Shown: positions 27,520 to 36,702 of the stretch, in pieces
Layout: each line of letters opens with the position of its first letter
Position numbering within the stretch: position 1 is the first letter of the stretch
NCBI GenBank assembly: GCA_048884965.1
Contig: JBHLQH010000019.1
Location: forward strand, 314 to 64,313
DNA length: 64,000 nt
Direction: 5' to 3'
DNA from: Candidatus Thorarchaeota archaeon
Lineage (GTDB): Archaea; Asgardarchaeota; Thorarchaeia; Thorarchaeales; Thorarchaeaceae
Translations under genes and position numbers: made by a program
Notes under the pieces: model-generated
What the model was told of the DNA's origin: nothing
What the model saw: only the letters and a program-made list of their open reading frames with translations
The model's database searches: none

Positions 27520-30207
27520 TTGGACACTAACAAGTGGAGACGAGAACTTGACAGAGTCTCGGAAATGAAAGGAATGCTGGTATCACTCAATCCCAGCCTT
27601 GAGGAACAGACAGGCCACCAAATTCGCCAGCTCTATGATGTCTTTGCAAGTCTTTCGAAGACAGACAACGAGCTGGGCACAGCTGGATTCATGGCAAAAC
27701 GGAAGTTTCAAACTCAACGTGATAAAATAGACAATGACCTCGAAGATATGTTCATGAGGATTGTACGTGAGTTCGCCGAGCTGTTTCGAAGAGAACATAG
27801 AGACATCATGGGATTGCTCCCAAAGCTGCAAGAGATGAAACCTGCAGAAGCGAAGGGCATCGCCTCAATCAGCCTTCCATCTGTAGGTGCAGGAGATATG
27901 GCAGATTTCGAAAGGCTCTACGAATTTGGAGAGGTTTTCTCCAAGAAATGCATTACGCTCAAGAATGATATGTCCAGAGAAGTCAAAGACCTCCTTGATG
28001 AGAACAATAGAACTGTTGAAACCTTTGAGCGGCATATCACTATTGACAGGGGAGAAGTTGCGACCAGCGTTTCTAATGAGGATGTTATTGGTCTATCTGT
28101 TACAGACCTCATCACTATGAATGATAAGCTCAAAGCAGAGAAGATCTATCTAGATGGCCGCAGAGGCGAAGTAGGCCGCATGCTTGGTGTTTCACTCATT
28201 GGTGATATAGAATCGCTTCAGGCATGGGTCGAAACATCTACTCGACTCGGGTTGGATTTGCCAATGGACTTCTCTCAGAAGCTAAGGATTCTAGCGAGAG
28301 AGGCATCAGGTGCTGAGAACCTTACAACCCTAATCAGTCTTGAGAGCCAAATGCATGCTTCAAGACTCCAGCTCGCAAATATGTTGAAGGATCGAATCAT
28401 CAACATGAAGCACGAAGTAACTACCAAGTTTGTTCAAGCTGGAATACCAACGACCGCGGATATTATTCCACAGGCACCTTCAATGGTAGTCGAGAATCAG
28501 GAAGTTCCAAGTCTATTATCATCATACCAGAAGATGGTAGAATGGGAAGGTCAAGTAAAGATATCCCTCAAAGACAAGATAGAGGAACTCCTTGACGATG
28601 TAGAGAAGGCCACCGATCAACCAGAGGATACAGGTATCGCAGATGTTGTCGCAACGAGGGAATTTGTCGCTGAGTCAAATAAAGCACTCAAGAAAGGCGA
28701 GCTCGATAAAATGATCGATATCTATCAGAAAGCCTCTGCAATGTCGGAAGACCACAAGAAGCACGTGAAGGACCTAATCAGATCATACCTCACACGTTTC
28801 AATGAGCTAGCTACTTCTGCTGACAGAGTGCTTGATTACGCCCAGCTAAGCAAGAAGGCTCCCAAAGTCGAGGAGCTAGAGGGTGGCATTGTCTTTCACA
28901 TACAGTCACTTGAGAACCTGAGGAATGCTGTCGAGAGCGGCGTTGCCACTTTTCGAGATGCATGCCAACAGGAGATCGAAGCAATCATTCAGGATTTGCA
29001 AACCATAAAGCCAGCCTACGCAGAGATATTCATGCCTATCATTACAGAACTTGACGAAGGAGAGGTACGAATCAGGCGGCTCAATGAATTCGCAGAGATT
29101 CGCTCAGAGATGCGTACAATAAAGGAAACCATCCTAGCAAAGGCAAAGGAATCGCTTGAGAACCTCAGATACAGATTGGGTGTCAAGATCCGACTTGCCG
29201 CAGCCAAGCTAATGGGAGCTGGCGTTGAGATACCAATTGAGGTGCAGGATGCCATAAGTGAACTGAACAGCATCGGAGTGGCTGCTGAAACGGTGTTTAG
29301 CCTTCCGCAACAAGCCAGAAAGATGATCGAGCTCTATGAGAAGAAGATCACTGGAAACGTACTCGAATCCCTCAAAGAGGAAGCTACAGCCCTTCAGGAT
29401 TCGTTCACCAAGGCAGCTTCAATCGGCGTACCATTAGGTGAGGAACTCACCATTCTAATGAACATCATTGACACACCACCTACGGAGCTAGAAGAAGCAG
29501 CTGACGCCTTTGACAGACTAGCGGGTCTCACTACATCCAAGGATATACAGAAGCGTGTGAGGGAACGCGGAAATGATGCCTATCGCCAGATCAATGGTGC
29601 AATATCAATCTTCGAGGAACAAGGTATGCCTGATTTCGTTAAGAGACTGAAGGCATTACTTAACCAAGTCCCTCAGAAGATGCAGGCAGAGTCCAAGTAC
29701 ATCACTGAACCCCTTGAGGTCTGTTTGACTCTAGCTAATGTTCAAGATGAGATGCTCGGAGTCATGAAGAGCATCGCAGCGAAGGACAAAGAGGCACATG
29801 AGAAGGAGATTCGCGAAAGAAGTAACTATTACTCAACAATCGAGCGCGTCTATGAGAATCATCCCAAGGACTTCAGCAAGTTAATCTATCCTGTCGATAG
29901 GATGATCCAGATAGAGAAAGACCTAGAATTTGCTGATCAACTCGATAAGGCACTTGATTACTTCAATGAACTCAGAACACTGAGAACCGAGTGGGTTGAC
30001 AAAGCAGAGAAGATGGATGACTGGCACAAGTCAATGAAGATGTTCCTGACAGGATATAGTCCAACAGCTAGCATCGATGAAAGAGAGAAGTTCATGGATG
30101 ATGCGATCAGGAAGATTAGAGAAACCTATAGTAGGGAAGACATAAGCTCATATCTAGCCTGGGCCATCAGAGAGATTGCTCACTCAATGGCAAAAGGAAG
30201 AAAATAA
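27520..30207 (+). CDS. Large all-helical protein of unknown family, first gene of the FtsZ/tubulin-like operon (TTG start)
   Basis: 895-aa ORF. GGAGG lies 7 nt upstream. The composition is charged and helix-prone throughout, with no TM segment or signal and no recognisable catalytic motif. A G(I/V/M/L)..(I/L)P-type motif recurs 5 times. Confidence 0.8.
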   Translation: MDTNKWRRELDRVSEMKGMLVSLNPSLEEQTGHQIRQLYDVFASLSKTDNELGTAGFMAKRKFQTQRDKIDNDLEDMFMRIVREFAELFRREHRDIMGLLPKLQEMKPAEAKGIASISLPSVGAGDMADFERLYEFGEVFSKKCITLKNDMSREVKDLLDENNRTVETFERHITIDRGEVATSVSNEDVIGLSVTDLITMNDKLKAEKIYLDGRRGEVGRMLGVSLIGDIESLQAWVETSTRLGLDLPMDFSQKLRILAREASGAENLTTLISLESQMHASRLQLANMLKDRIINMKHEVTTKFVQAGIPTTADIIPQAPSMVVENQEVPSLLSSYQKMVEWEGQVKISLKDKIEELLDDVEKATDQPEDTGIADVVATREFVAESNKALKKGELDKMIDIYQKASAMSEDHKKHVKDLIRSYLTRFNELATSADRVLDYAQLSKKAPKVEELEGGIVFHIQSLENLRNAVESGVATFRDACQQEIEAIIQDLQTIKPAYAEIFMPIITELDEGEVRIRRLNEFAEIRSEMRTIKETILAKAKESLENLRYRLGVKIRLAAAKLMGAGVEIPIEVQDAISELNSIGVAAETVFSLPQQARKMIELYEKKITGNVLESLKEEATALQDSFTKAASIGVPLGEELTILMNIIDTPPTELEEAADAFDRLAGLTTSKDIQKRVRERGNDAYRQINGAISIFEEQGMPDFVKRLKALLNQVPQKMQAESKYITEPLEVCLTLANVQDEMLGVMKSIAAKDKEAHEKEIRERSNYYSTIERVYENHPKDFSKLIYPVDRMIQIEKDLEFADQLDKALDYFNELRTLRTEWVDKAEKMDDWHKSMKMFLTGYSPTASIDEREKFMDDAIRKIRETYSREDISSYLAWAIREIAHSMAKGRK

Positions 30208-30225
30208 TCTAAGGAGATAGAAACA

Positions 30226-31620
30226 ATGTCAAATGGTGTTACAAGACTCGGAGAAGACGAAACCAAAGCAGCCGAGGTCTTCGCAATTGGTGTGGGAGAG
30301 TGTGGTTCCAATATCGTTGGCTCATACCTTAAAGCAAGCAAAGACAGGCGACTCCCATCAAGAGTCCGAGGATATCTCCTTATGAACACAGACAGAGCAG
30401 ACCTGACTAAGGTTCGTTCAAAATATGAGATTCCAAAGGAACACACCATGCTCTACGGTGCAAGTGAGATTGGTGTGGGTGGTCGTTTCATGGATGGCTA
30501 TAACGCTATCATAGAATCGAAGGATATCATCTTCGATCAACTAGGAGATCTTGGCTTTGAAGGTGTTTCAGGTTTCTGTATCTTCACCAGCCTCGGCGGT
30601 GGTACAGGTTGTGGCGGAACACCTGCTATCATCGAGCTACTCAAGCAAAGATTCCAAGAAGAGGAAGGACGACGTATCTTTGTGTATGTCATCGGAATCC
30701 TACCCTTCGAAGGACAGTCCAGTGAAGCCCTCAACAGTATATGGGCAGTATCACGATTGCTTCGTGCCCAGCTGCAGGAGAGAGGAGCTGATCTTACAAT
30801 TCTACTTAGCAACAGAACCATGCTAAAGCGTATTCTGCAATCGAGAAGAGCTGATAGCGTTGACTACCTCCAGAGAGAGTTAGAGGTTGACATCGCGGAT
30901 ATCGACTCTATTGAAACAATGGTACCATCAACACTAGATGAGGGTGGAGAGTTAGAAGCTAGAACTGAACAAGCATTCGTCGAGCTCGTTAACCCACTCG
31001 CACTTGACGTCGTTGAAGCTATGCTTTCACCAGGAGTATATGAACCCAACAAGGATGTCTTCCCGACCACAGACCTTGCAGACTATGCGCGCAAGCTTGA
31101 TCCAGTGGTCGTTCCAGCACTCTACCAAGATATCGGATTAATTCCTGACGCAGGTAGTATGCCAAAGCAATTGAAGACTATGATTGATTATGCAGTCAGG
31201 GAATGCAGCTATGCTGATGTCGGTGATGAGCCAAATGCTGAATCTGTCTACTATGTGTTCTCAGGACCTAGGCATATCAGCAAGGCAGAATATGGTATGC
31301 ATCTCAAAGAAGCGCTTGACAAGTTCATCGCTCCTGGAGCAGCAATCACTCCTTGCTATGTGCAGAGACATACCAAGGATCCCAAGACCGACTTACTTCT
31401 CCTGCTAGGTTTGCCAAAGATACCTGAGCTTGTGCAAATCATAAACGAAGCCACGCAACTCGTCAATCTACACAGTGGTGCTTCACCACTCAAGCAAAGC
31501 TGGTTCATGCGATCAAAGGGTGTCCAACGCAAGGAACTCGTTGACGCGATTGCGGACTTCCGAGAGCTATTCAGCTACTATATGACACCAGGATCTGGAG
31601 ATATGCAACAGGGCGTGTGA
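30226..31620 (+). CDS. FtsZ/tubulin-superfamily GTPase, divergent
   Basis: AAGGAG lies ~10 nt upstream. The ordered motifs are AIGVGECGSNIV (T1), MNTDRADL, GVGGRFMDG (T3-like), SLGGGTGCGGTPAI (T4, tubulin signature), LPFEGQSS (T5), LLSNRTML (T6) and TTDLADY (T7-like). A C-terminal domain of FtsZ-like layout follows (VYYVFSGPRHIS..LLLLLGLP). Confidence 0.8.
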   Translation: MSNGVTRLGEDETKAAEVFAIGVGECGSNIVGSYLKASKDRRLPSRVRGYLLMNTDRADLTKVRSKYEIPKEHTMLYGASEIGVGGRFMDGYNAIIESKDIIFDQLGDLGFEGVSGFCIFTSLGGGTGCGGTPAIIELLKQRFQEEEGRRIFVYVIGILPFEGQSSEALNSIWAVSRLLRAQLQERGADLTILLSNRTMLKRILQSRRADSVDYLQRELEVDIADIDSIETMVPSTLDEGGELEARTEQAFVELVNPLALDVVEAMLSPGVYEPNKDVFPTTDLADYARKLDPVVVPALYQDIGLIPDAGSMPKQLKTMIDYAVRECSYADVGDEPNAESVYYVFSGPRHISKAEYGMHLKEALDKFIAPGAAITPCYVQRHTKDPKTDLLLLLGLPKIPELVQIINEATQLVNLHSGASPLKQSWFMRSKGVQRKELVDAIADFRELFSYYMTPGSGDMQQGV

Positions 31621-31624
31621 AACC

Positions 31625-32698
31625 GTGTCTGACTCATTCAAGACTGAAGACCTCGTCGATAGGCTTCTACTCGTAGTTACCCTCAACTCTACACTGATTC
31701 ATTTTCTGATCAGCTCGCAGGTTGAAGGCTATGTGGACCCTGATAGGGTAGATTCTCTAACACAAGGACTGATCAAGACAAGGTCTTGGATCGAGGAAGC
31801 GACTACCTCGGAAACCATCCCTGCATCGACTTCAAACATCCTTAGCCTCATCGTCAAGAGGTTGACCCAGATTGAAAGCATCCTCCCCAAGCTTTCAGAG
31901 AAGGCAAAACAAGCTGAACAAGGAAAGACTCCAGCTGCAGAAATTCTATCACTTCTTGAAGGAAGTGGACCACAGCGAGAAAGCCAAATAACTGGCGATC
32001 AAAGAATTGTCCCAGTCGTTGGCGAAGAAGGAACAATTGTTCCATTGGTTTCGGATCAGCCAGAGGTCCCACGAGAGCCCTACAAAAGAGTCGAGATGGA
32101 AAACGATGAGTGGGGCATCATAGGGCAGACCCAGATGCTCATCCAGCAGTACAGCAAACGCTGTCATGTTCTACTACCTACCTTTTGGATGGAAGCTCTA
32201 CGAGAGCTCCATAAATATCAATCACAATCACAGTATCTCGGAGACACTATTGAGATACCAGCACGTATCTTGGCCAAGATCGTCAAAGGACTCCTAACTG
32301 AGGCACCAGGTGCACGATTGCTACAGGACCTCTCAAAGAAAAGGCCTCAGGAGAACTATCTGGACCCATCAGAGTCTGAACGTATCAACAGAGCGGTTTC
32401 TAAGTACTTCCAAGGTCTTGAAGGTGTTTTGACCGAGAATATGCCTTCCCCGAAAGACAAGATAATGGAAGCACAAAATGCTTTTGACGGATTTGGATGG
32501 GGTGGTCCAGAACTTGAAAAGCGGTTGATAAAACGTATAAATCAGCAATGTGAGGAAGCCATGCAGAGCGCTGAAGCGACGACCGATGTAGCCAGAGCAG
32601 CTGTCTATGCAGAAACTACGAAACTACTCTGCAAGCTGCAGCATGCCATTCTAGCTGAACCGAGACTACGTGAGATTCTAGCTGAAATGAAGCCATAG
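31625..32698 (+). CDS. Helical protein of unknown family, third gene of the FtsZ/tubulin-like operon (GTG start)
   Basis: 357-aa ORF starting 4 nt after the FtsZ-like stop. No TM segment and no recognised motif. The central linker is Pro/Glu-rich (VPVVGEEGTIVPLVSDQPEVPREPY). Confidence 0.65.
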   Translation: MSDSFKTEDLVDRLLLVVTLNSTLIHFLISSQVEGYVDPDRVDSLTQGLIKTRSWIEEATTSETIPASTSNILSLIVKRLTQIESILPKLSEKAKQAEQGKTPAAEILSLLEGSGPQRESQITGDQRIVPVVGEEGTIVPLVSDQPEVPREPYKRVEMENDEWGIIGQTQMLIQQYSKRCHVLLPTFWMEALRELHKYQSQSQYLGDTIEIPARILAKIVKGLLTEAPGARLLQDLSKKRPQENYLDPSESERINRAVSKYFQGLEGVLTENMPSPKDKIMEAQNAFDGFGWGGPELEKRLIKRINQQCEEAMQSAEATTDVARAAVYAETTKLLCKLQHAILAEPRLREILAEMKP

Positions 32699-32802
32699 TA
32701 GACAGTATTGCTCGCATGCCTCCATGTCTGATTCAGATGCGTATCTCATATAAGGGATGATTTTCTTCACTCGGTAAAGCCTACGATAATCGAGGGAACG
32801 AG

Positions 32803-34209
32803 ATGAAAGGTCTTGACACTATGCTTAACCCAAAGGTCACTGCTGTGGTGGGTGTTTCCACATCGAACCCCTTCTCACCGGGTAATGTGATCTTCAGAAA
32901 ACTGTGCTTCGAGAATTCCTTGCCAACATATCCCATCAATCCACGTGGTGGTACAGTCGAAGGACAACATGTCTACAAATCACTAATCGAAGCTCCTAAT
33001 GATATCGAGATGGTCGTCATCTCCGTTCCAGCGAAATATGTTCCAAGTGTTCTAGAAGAGTGTGGTCAGAAAAAGATAAAATCTGTTATAGTCGTTTCAG
33101 GTGGCTTTAGCGAAACCGGAGAGTCAGGTGCAAGTCTGCAGGAGGAGATTATCCAAATATGCAAGACATATGGAATTTCCATGGTTGGACCGAACTGCAT
33201 TGGAGTGTTCGTTCCCGACCAGCTTGACACGTTCTTCCTTCCATCAGAACGTGTGGCTAGAACAAGAAAGGGATCGGTAGCCCTCATATCACAGAGTGGA
33301 GGGTGGTTGATTGAAAGACTTGAGGAGTTTGCCTCTCGAGATGTAGGCATTGCTGCGGCGATATCAATCGGGAATGCCGCACAGACAAAGGTCTATGATT
33401 TCATTGACCACTTTGGGCATGATAAGAATGTTTCAGCCATAGTCTGTTACATAGAAGGCTTCGGTGAAGATGAGGGACGCACATTTGTAGATGTCTGTGC
33501 ACGGGTTACAGAGAAGAAGCCAGTGATTGTACTAAAAGGAGGACAATCTGAAGCGGGTCATAGAGCGACTCAGAGTCACACCTCGTCACTTGCAGGAAGT
33601 ACCGTTGTTACCTCTGCAGCATTCAAGCAATTTGGCGTTATCGAAGCGGCTGACGAAGACGAAGTCATGGCTTACTCTAAGGTCTTCTCATTTCCATTCA
33701 GAACGATGGAAGGCAATAGAATAGGTTGCCTAACGGTAAGCGGCGGTCATGGCGTTATCGCTACAGATGAAGCTGAACAATACGGTCTTGAATTTCCACC
33801 CTTCTCTGAAGCAGATCAAACTGCAATGAGGGCGACTGTTACACCAGCCTATCAAGGGATTGCTTCCTTCCGTAACCCATGCGACCTGACAGGAAGTGCT
33901 TCAGATGTTGACTATGAGGGAGTGCTCCGAGTGATGTTGAATATCGACTACGTTGATGCTGCATTACTCCTACTATTACCGTACGCTCCAGGGATTTCTC
34001 TTCAAATTGGGGCTCGTGTCGCAAATGTTACAAAGACAAAGAACAAGACCGTTGTTGCCTATGTCCCAGATCTGGACAAGTACGAAGTTATAATCAGGGG
34101 CTTCGAGATAAATGGTATCCCCTGTGCAGATACAATTGAAGAAGCTGTGCAGATGATTAATGGGATTCACAAACGATCCGAGTACCTTCAACGAATCGGC
34201 AAACTCTAG
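32803..34209 (+). CDS. acdA: ADP-forming acetyl/acyl-CoA synthetase, alpha-type subunit (CoA-binding + succinyl-CoA-synthetase-like ligase domain)
   Basis: Motifs: VAVVGVS, YPINPRGG, VVISVPA, VVSGGFSETG, MVGPNCIGV, and ATQSHTSSLAG (phospho-His loop). No ATP-grasp beta subunit is adjacent. Confidence 0.75.
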   Translation: MKGLDTMLNPKVTAVVGVSTSNPFSPGNVIFRKLCFENSLPTYPINPRGGTVEGQHVYKSLIEAPNDIEMVVISVPAKYVPSVLEECGQKKIKSVIVVSGGFSETGESGASLQEEIIQICKTYGISMVGPNCIGVFVPDQLDTFFLPSERVARTRKGSVALISQSGGWLIERLEEFASRDVGIAAAISIGNAAQTKVYDFIDHFGHDKNVSAIVCYIEGFGEDEGRTFVDVCARVTEKKPVIVLKGGQSEAGHRATQSHTSSLAGSTVVTSAAFKQFGVIEAADEDEVMAYSKVFSFPFRTMEGNRIGCLTVSGGHGVIATDEAEQYGLEFPPFSEADQTAMRATVTPAYQGIASFRNPCDLTGSASDVDYEGVLRVMLNIDYVDAALLLLLPYAPGISLQIGARVANVTKTKNKTVVAYVPDLDKYEVIIRGFEINGIPCADTIEEAVQMINGIHKRSEYLQRIGKL

Positions 34210-35357
34210 GTAGATGCAGTTCCTTTCGCGATCTTTAGGTAGTCGATATCTAGTGATTTCAGGTGCTCCTTCAATTCACCTTGGATGATCAAGGGGCATC
34301 CAGCAAGATCTTCGATTTTCTGACAACCAGTCAGATACATTGCCGTTCGTAAGCCTTCAAGATGAATCTCGATCTCTGCAATTACATCTTCAGTCGTGCC
34401 GTTTACAGCGGGTTCCAAGAAGGGATACGCCATACCGGCTGCTGTGGCTCCTAGTGCGAGGGATTTTGCAATATCAATACCCGACCTGATGCCACCTGTG
34501 GCTATGACCTCTAGGTCTGTCACATCCTTGACCATGATGATACTCAACGCAGTTGGGACACCCCAATCCCAGAAATCAAGACCAAGTTGTGCCTTTACTC
34601 CATCATTCTCATTCAATGCACGATAGTACTCAACAGCTGCCCAGCTTGTTCCCCCGACTCCTCCAACATCAACGGCAGAAACGCCAACAGATTCGAGAGC
34701 AGCTGCAACTCGGGAGGAGATGCCAGCTCCTGTTTCCTTTACCATCACAGGTACGTCGACAGCATCAACGATAAGGCCAATGTTCTCAAGAACGCCTATG
34801 GAATTACAATCACCCTCAGGCTGAATGGCTTCTTGAAGTGGATTCAGGTGGATAGCAAGAATGTCTGCATCGATCATCTCAACAGCTCTAGGTGCGACAT
34901 CAACATGAGTAGCCCCAATGTTTGCGATAATAGGGACACTAGGAGCTGAGTCCCTCACGATTCTGAAGGTTTCAGCGAGCTTAGCATCTTCGATACCAGC
35001 TCGTTGGCTTCCAACGCCAATGGGAATTCGCTTTGCCTCTGCAGCTTCAGCGAGTCTCTGATTAATGATCATTGTATCAGGGTGGCCTCCAGTCATTGCC
35101 GCAATGACAAGTGGAGCCCCGGCTCGTAAGCCAATGAAATTCGTTGTCAAATCGATTTGATCCTTATCAATCTCAGGTAAGGCATTATGAATGAATCCAA
35201 CATCCTCCAAGAGAGTTGTCCGATTGCATTGTACATTTTCTTGCAAGCAGATCTCTATATGCTCGATTTTCCTCCTCTTTGTCTGGATGGATTCTTCTAA
35301 TCGATCAGACTCAGTCATATCGTTAGGCTTGCCTTTTGACATTGATTTGCACCACAT
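34206..35357 (-). CDS. fni: Type-2 isopentenyl-diphosphate delta-isomerase (FMN-dependent)
   Basis: Motifs: RKIEHIEICL, IAAMTGGH, IGVGSQRAG, VMVKETGAGIS, GGVGGTSWAAVE, IATGGIRSGIDIAKSLALGA. The true start may be an internal Met (35342 or 35318). Confidence 0.9.
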   Translation of the reverse strand: MWCKSMSKGKPNDMTESDRLEESIQTKRRKIEHIEICLQENVQCNRTTLLEDVGFIHNALPEIDKDQIDLTTNFIGLRAGAPLVIAAMTGGHPDTMIINQRLAEAAEAKRIPIGVGSQRAGIEDAKLAETFRIVRDSAPSVPIIANIGATHVDVAPRAVEMIDADILAIHLNPLQEAIQPEGDCNSIGVLENIGLIVDAVDVPVMVKETGAGISSRVAAALESVGVSAVDVGGVGGTSWAAVEYYRALNENDGVKAQLGLDFWDWGVPTALSIIMVKDVTDLEVIATGGIRSGIDIAKSLALGATAAGMAYPFLEPAVNGTTEDVIAEIEIHLEGLRTAMYLTGCQKIEDLAGCPLIIQGELKEHLKSLDIDYLKIAKGTAST

Positions 35358-35491
35358 TTGAACTCTATATTCTTTTCAAAATAAAGCTAGCAGTTCGATG
35401 ATTAGGAGTTTTGTCAAAGAATGATTGAATCACTTGCGCGAGGCGAAGTATTTATTCAAGAATGGAATGCTTTCTTCAGTGGTGCCAGTAG

Positions 35492-36040
35492 ATGGACGAA
35501 GAAACAAGATACAGAGTGGAAAAAGAAGACGAGGAACTTGATACGAAACAAGAGGCTAAGGGATTCCTCCGACCACTACCAGAGCCAGAAGTTAAACCAA
35601 GAATGGAGAAACGCGGTAAAGGAGCAGTGACAAAGCTCCTAGGAATCACCATGTATGAAAGGAATAGAGACGCTCTGATAATCCTCGTCATGCCATTATT
35701 CGTGGGATTAATTGACGCAAATCTCTACGCGCTTGTTATCATTGATGTCCTTATTGATTCAACTATCTTCCTCTTCGTTATACCCGCCATTGCAGCGATT
35801 CCTGTAGGTCTAACAGCTGGGAAGACAAGTCACGGATTGTTTGGAGGAATCATATGTTCATTCTATTTTGTGATATTCCTAGAACTATTCTTTATCACAC
35901 CAGCAATTATGGCTCCGGATGCTCCATTTGGTGAGTTCTTCTTTGCAGGTTTGTGGCTCAGCTTCGTTTACATCTTCTTCGTGATCTTCGCATCACTCCT
36001 TGGAGGCTTAATTGGAGCACTGGCTAGAGAATTCTTCTAG
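35492..36040 (+). CDS. Integral membrane protein (about 4 TM segments), start uncertain
   Basis: The hydrophobic C-terminal ~125 aa are LIILVMPLFVGLI.., IFLFVIPAIAAIPVGL, LFGGIICSFYFVIFLELFFI, FFFAGLWLSFVYIFFVIFASLLGGLIGAL. The N-terminal ~55 aa are highly charged, so the start could be the Met of MYERNRD. Confidence 0.55.
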   Translation: MDEETRYRVEKEDEELDTKQEAKGFLRPLPEPEVKPRMEKRGKGAVTKLLGITMYERNRDALIILVMPLFVGLIDANLYALVIIDVLIDSTIFLFVIPAIAAIPVGLTAGKTSHGLFGGIICSFYFVIFLELFFITPAIMAPDAPFGEFFFAGLWLSFVYIFFVIFASLLGGLIGALAREFF

Positions 36041-36088
36041 ACTCACAAGCAGAAAGATTGATATTGATAGTTTCAGCGGCTCGGTTGC

Positions 36089-36694
36089 ATGAGCCGGGTC
36101 GGAGTATTAATCAGCGGCAGAGGAACAAATCTTCAGGCTCTGATTGATGCACAAGAACAGGGGATGCTTGGTGGCCAGATTGTTGTAGTCATCAGCAATA
36201 AGAGTAAAGCTCAGGGACTGGAACGAGCTCGAAAGGCTGGAATAAAGACTGTAACGGTGACAAGGAAAGAATATCCCCAGCGCGAGGATTTTGATAGACA
36301 ACTGCTTTCAATCCTTAGACAAAATAATGTTGATCTGGTCGTTCTAGCAGGTTTCATGCGTATCCTTACGAACATCTTCATCTCAGAGTTCGCAAATAGG
36401 ATAATCAATGTACATCCATCTCTGTTACCCTCATTTAGAGGGGTGGAAGCACAATGGCAAGCTGTTGATTTTGGTGTCAGAGTGTCAGGGTGTACTACGC
36501 ATTTCGTCAGCTTAGAAATGGACGCAGGGCCTATTATATTGCAACGAGCAGTGCCGGTTCACCCAAATGATGATGGTGAATCCCTCTCAATGCGGATATT
36601 GAAGGAAGAGCATGAGATCCTCGTTGAATCTGTTCGTCTGTTCTGTGATGGCAAGCTCAAGATAGAAGGTCAAAGAGTTATCATTGTGGAGTGA
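36089..36694 (+). CDS. purN: Phosphoribosylglycinamide formyltransferase
   Basis: Motifs: VLISGRGTNLQALID, VLAGFMRIL, INVHPSLLPSFRG, and GCTTHFV..DAGPII. Confidence 0.9.
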   Translation: MSRVGVLISGRGTNLQALIDAQEQGMLGGQIVVVISNKSKAQGLERARKAGIKTVTVTRKEYPQREDFDRQLLSILRQNNVDLVVLAGFMRILTNIFISEFANRIINVHPSLLPSFRGVEAQWQAVDFGVRVSGCTTHFVSLEMDAGPIILQRAVPVHPNDDGESLSMRILKEEHEILVESVRLFCDGKLKIEGQRVIIVE

Positions 36695-36702
36695 GAATCA
36701 TT

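Noticed and set aside
30226-31620. Calling the tubulin-superfamily gene simply ftsZ (cell division)
   Set aside because: Several features argue against a canonical FtsZ: the ~45-aa insertion between T6 and T7, the Cys substitutions in T1 and T4, Thr at the T7 Asn position, and the unusual operon partners. The gene symbol is left empty pending phylogeny.
35421-35630. 69-aa plus-strand ORF upstream of and overlapping the membrane-protein ORF
   Set aside because: It is highly basic and low-complexity, in a different frame from the 35492-36040 ORF, and has no RBS. It is probably spurious. The real start of the membrane protein remains uncertain.
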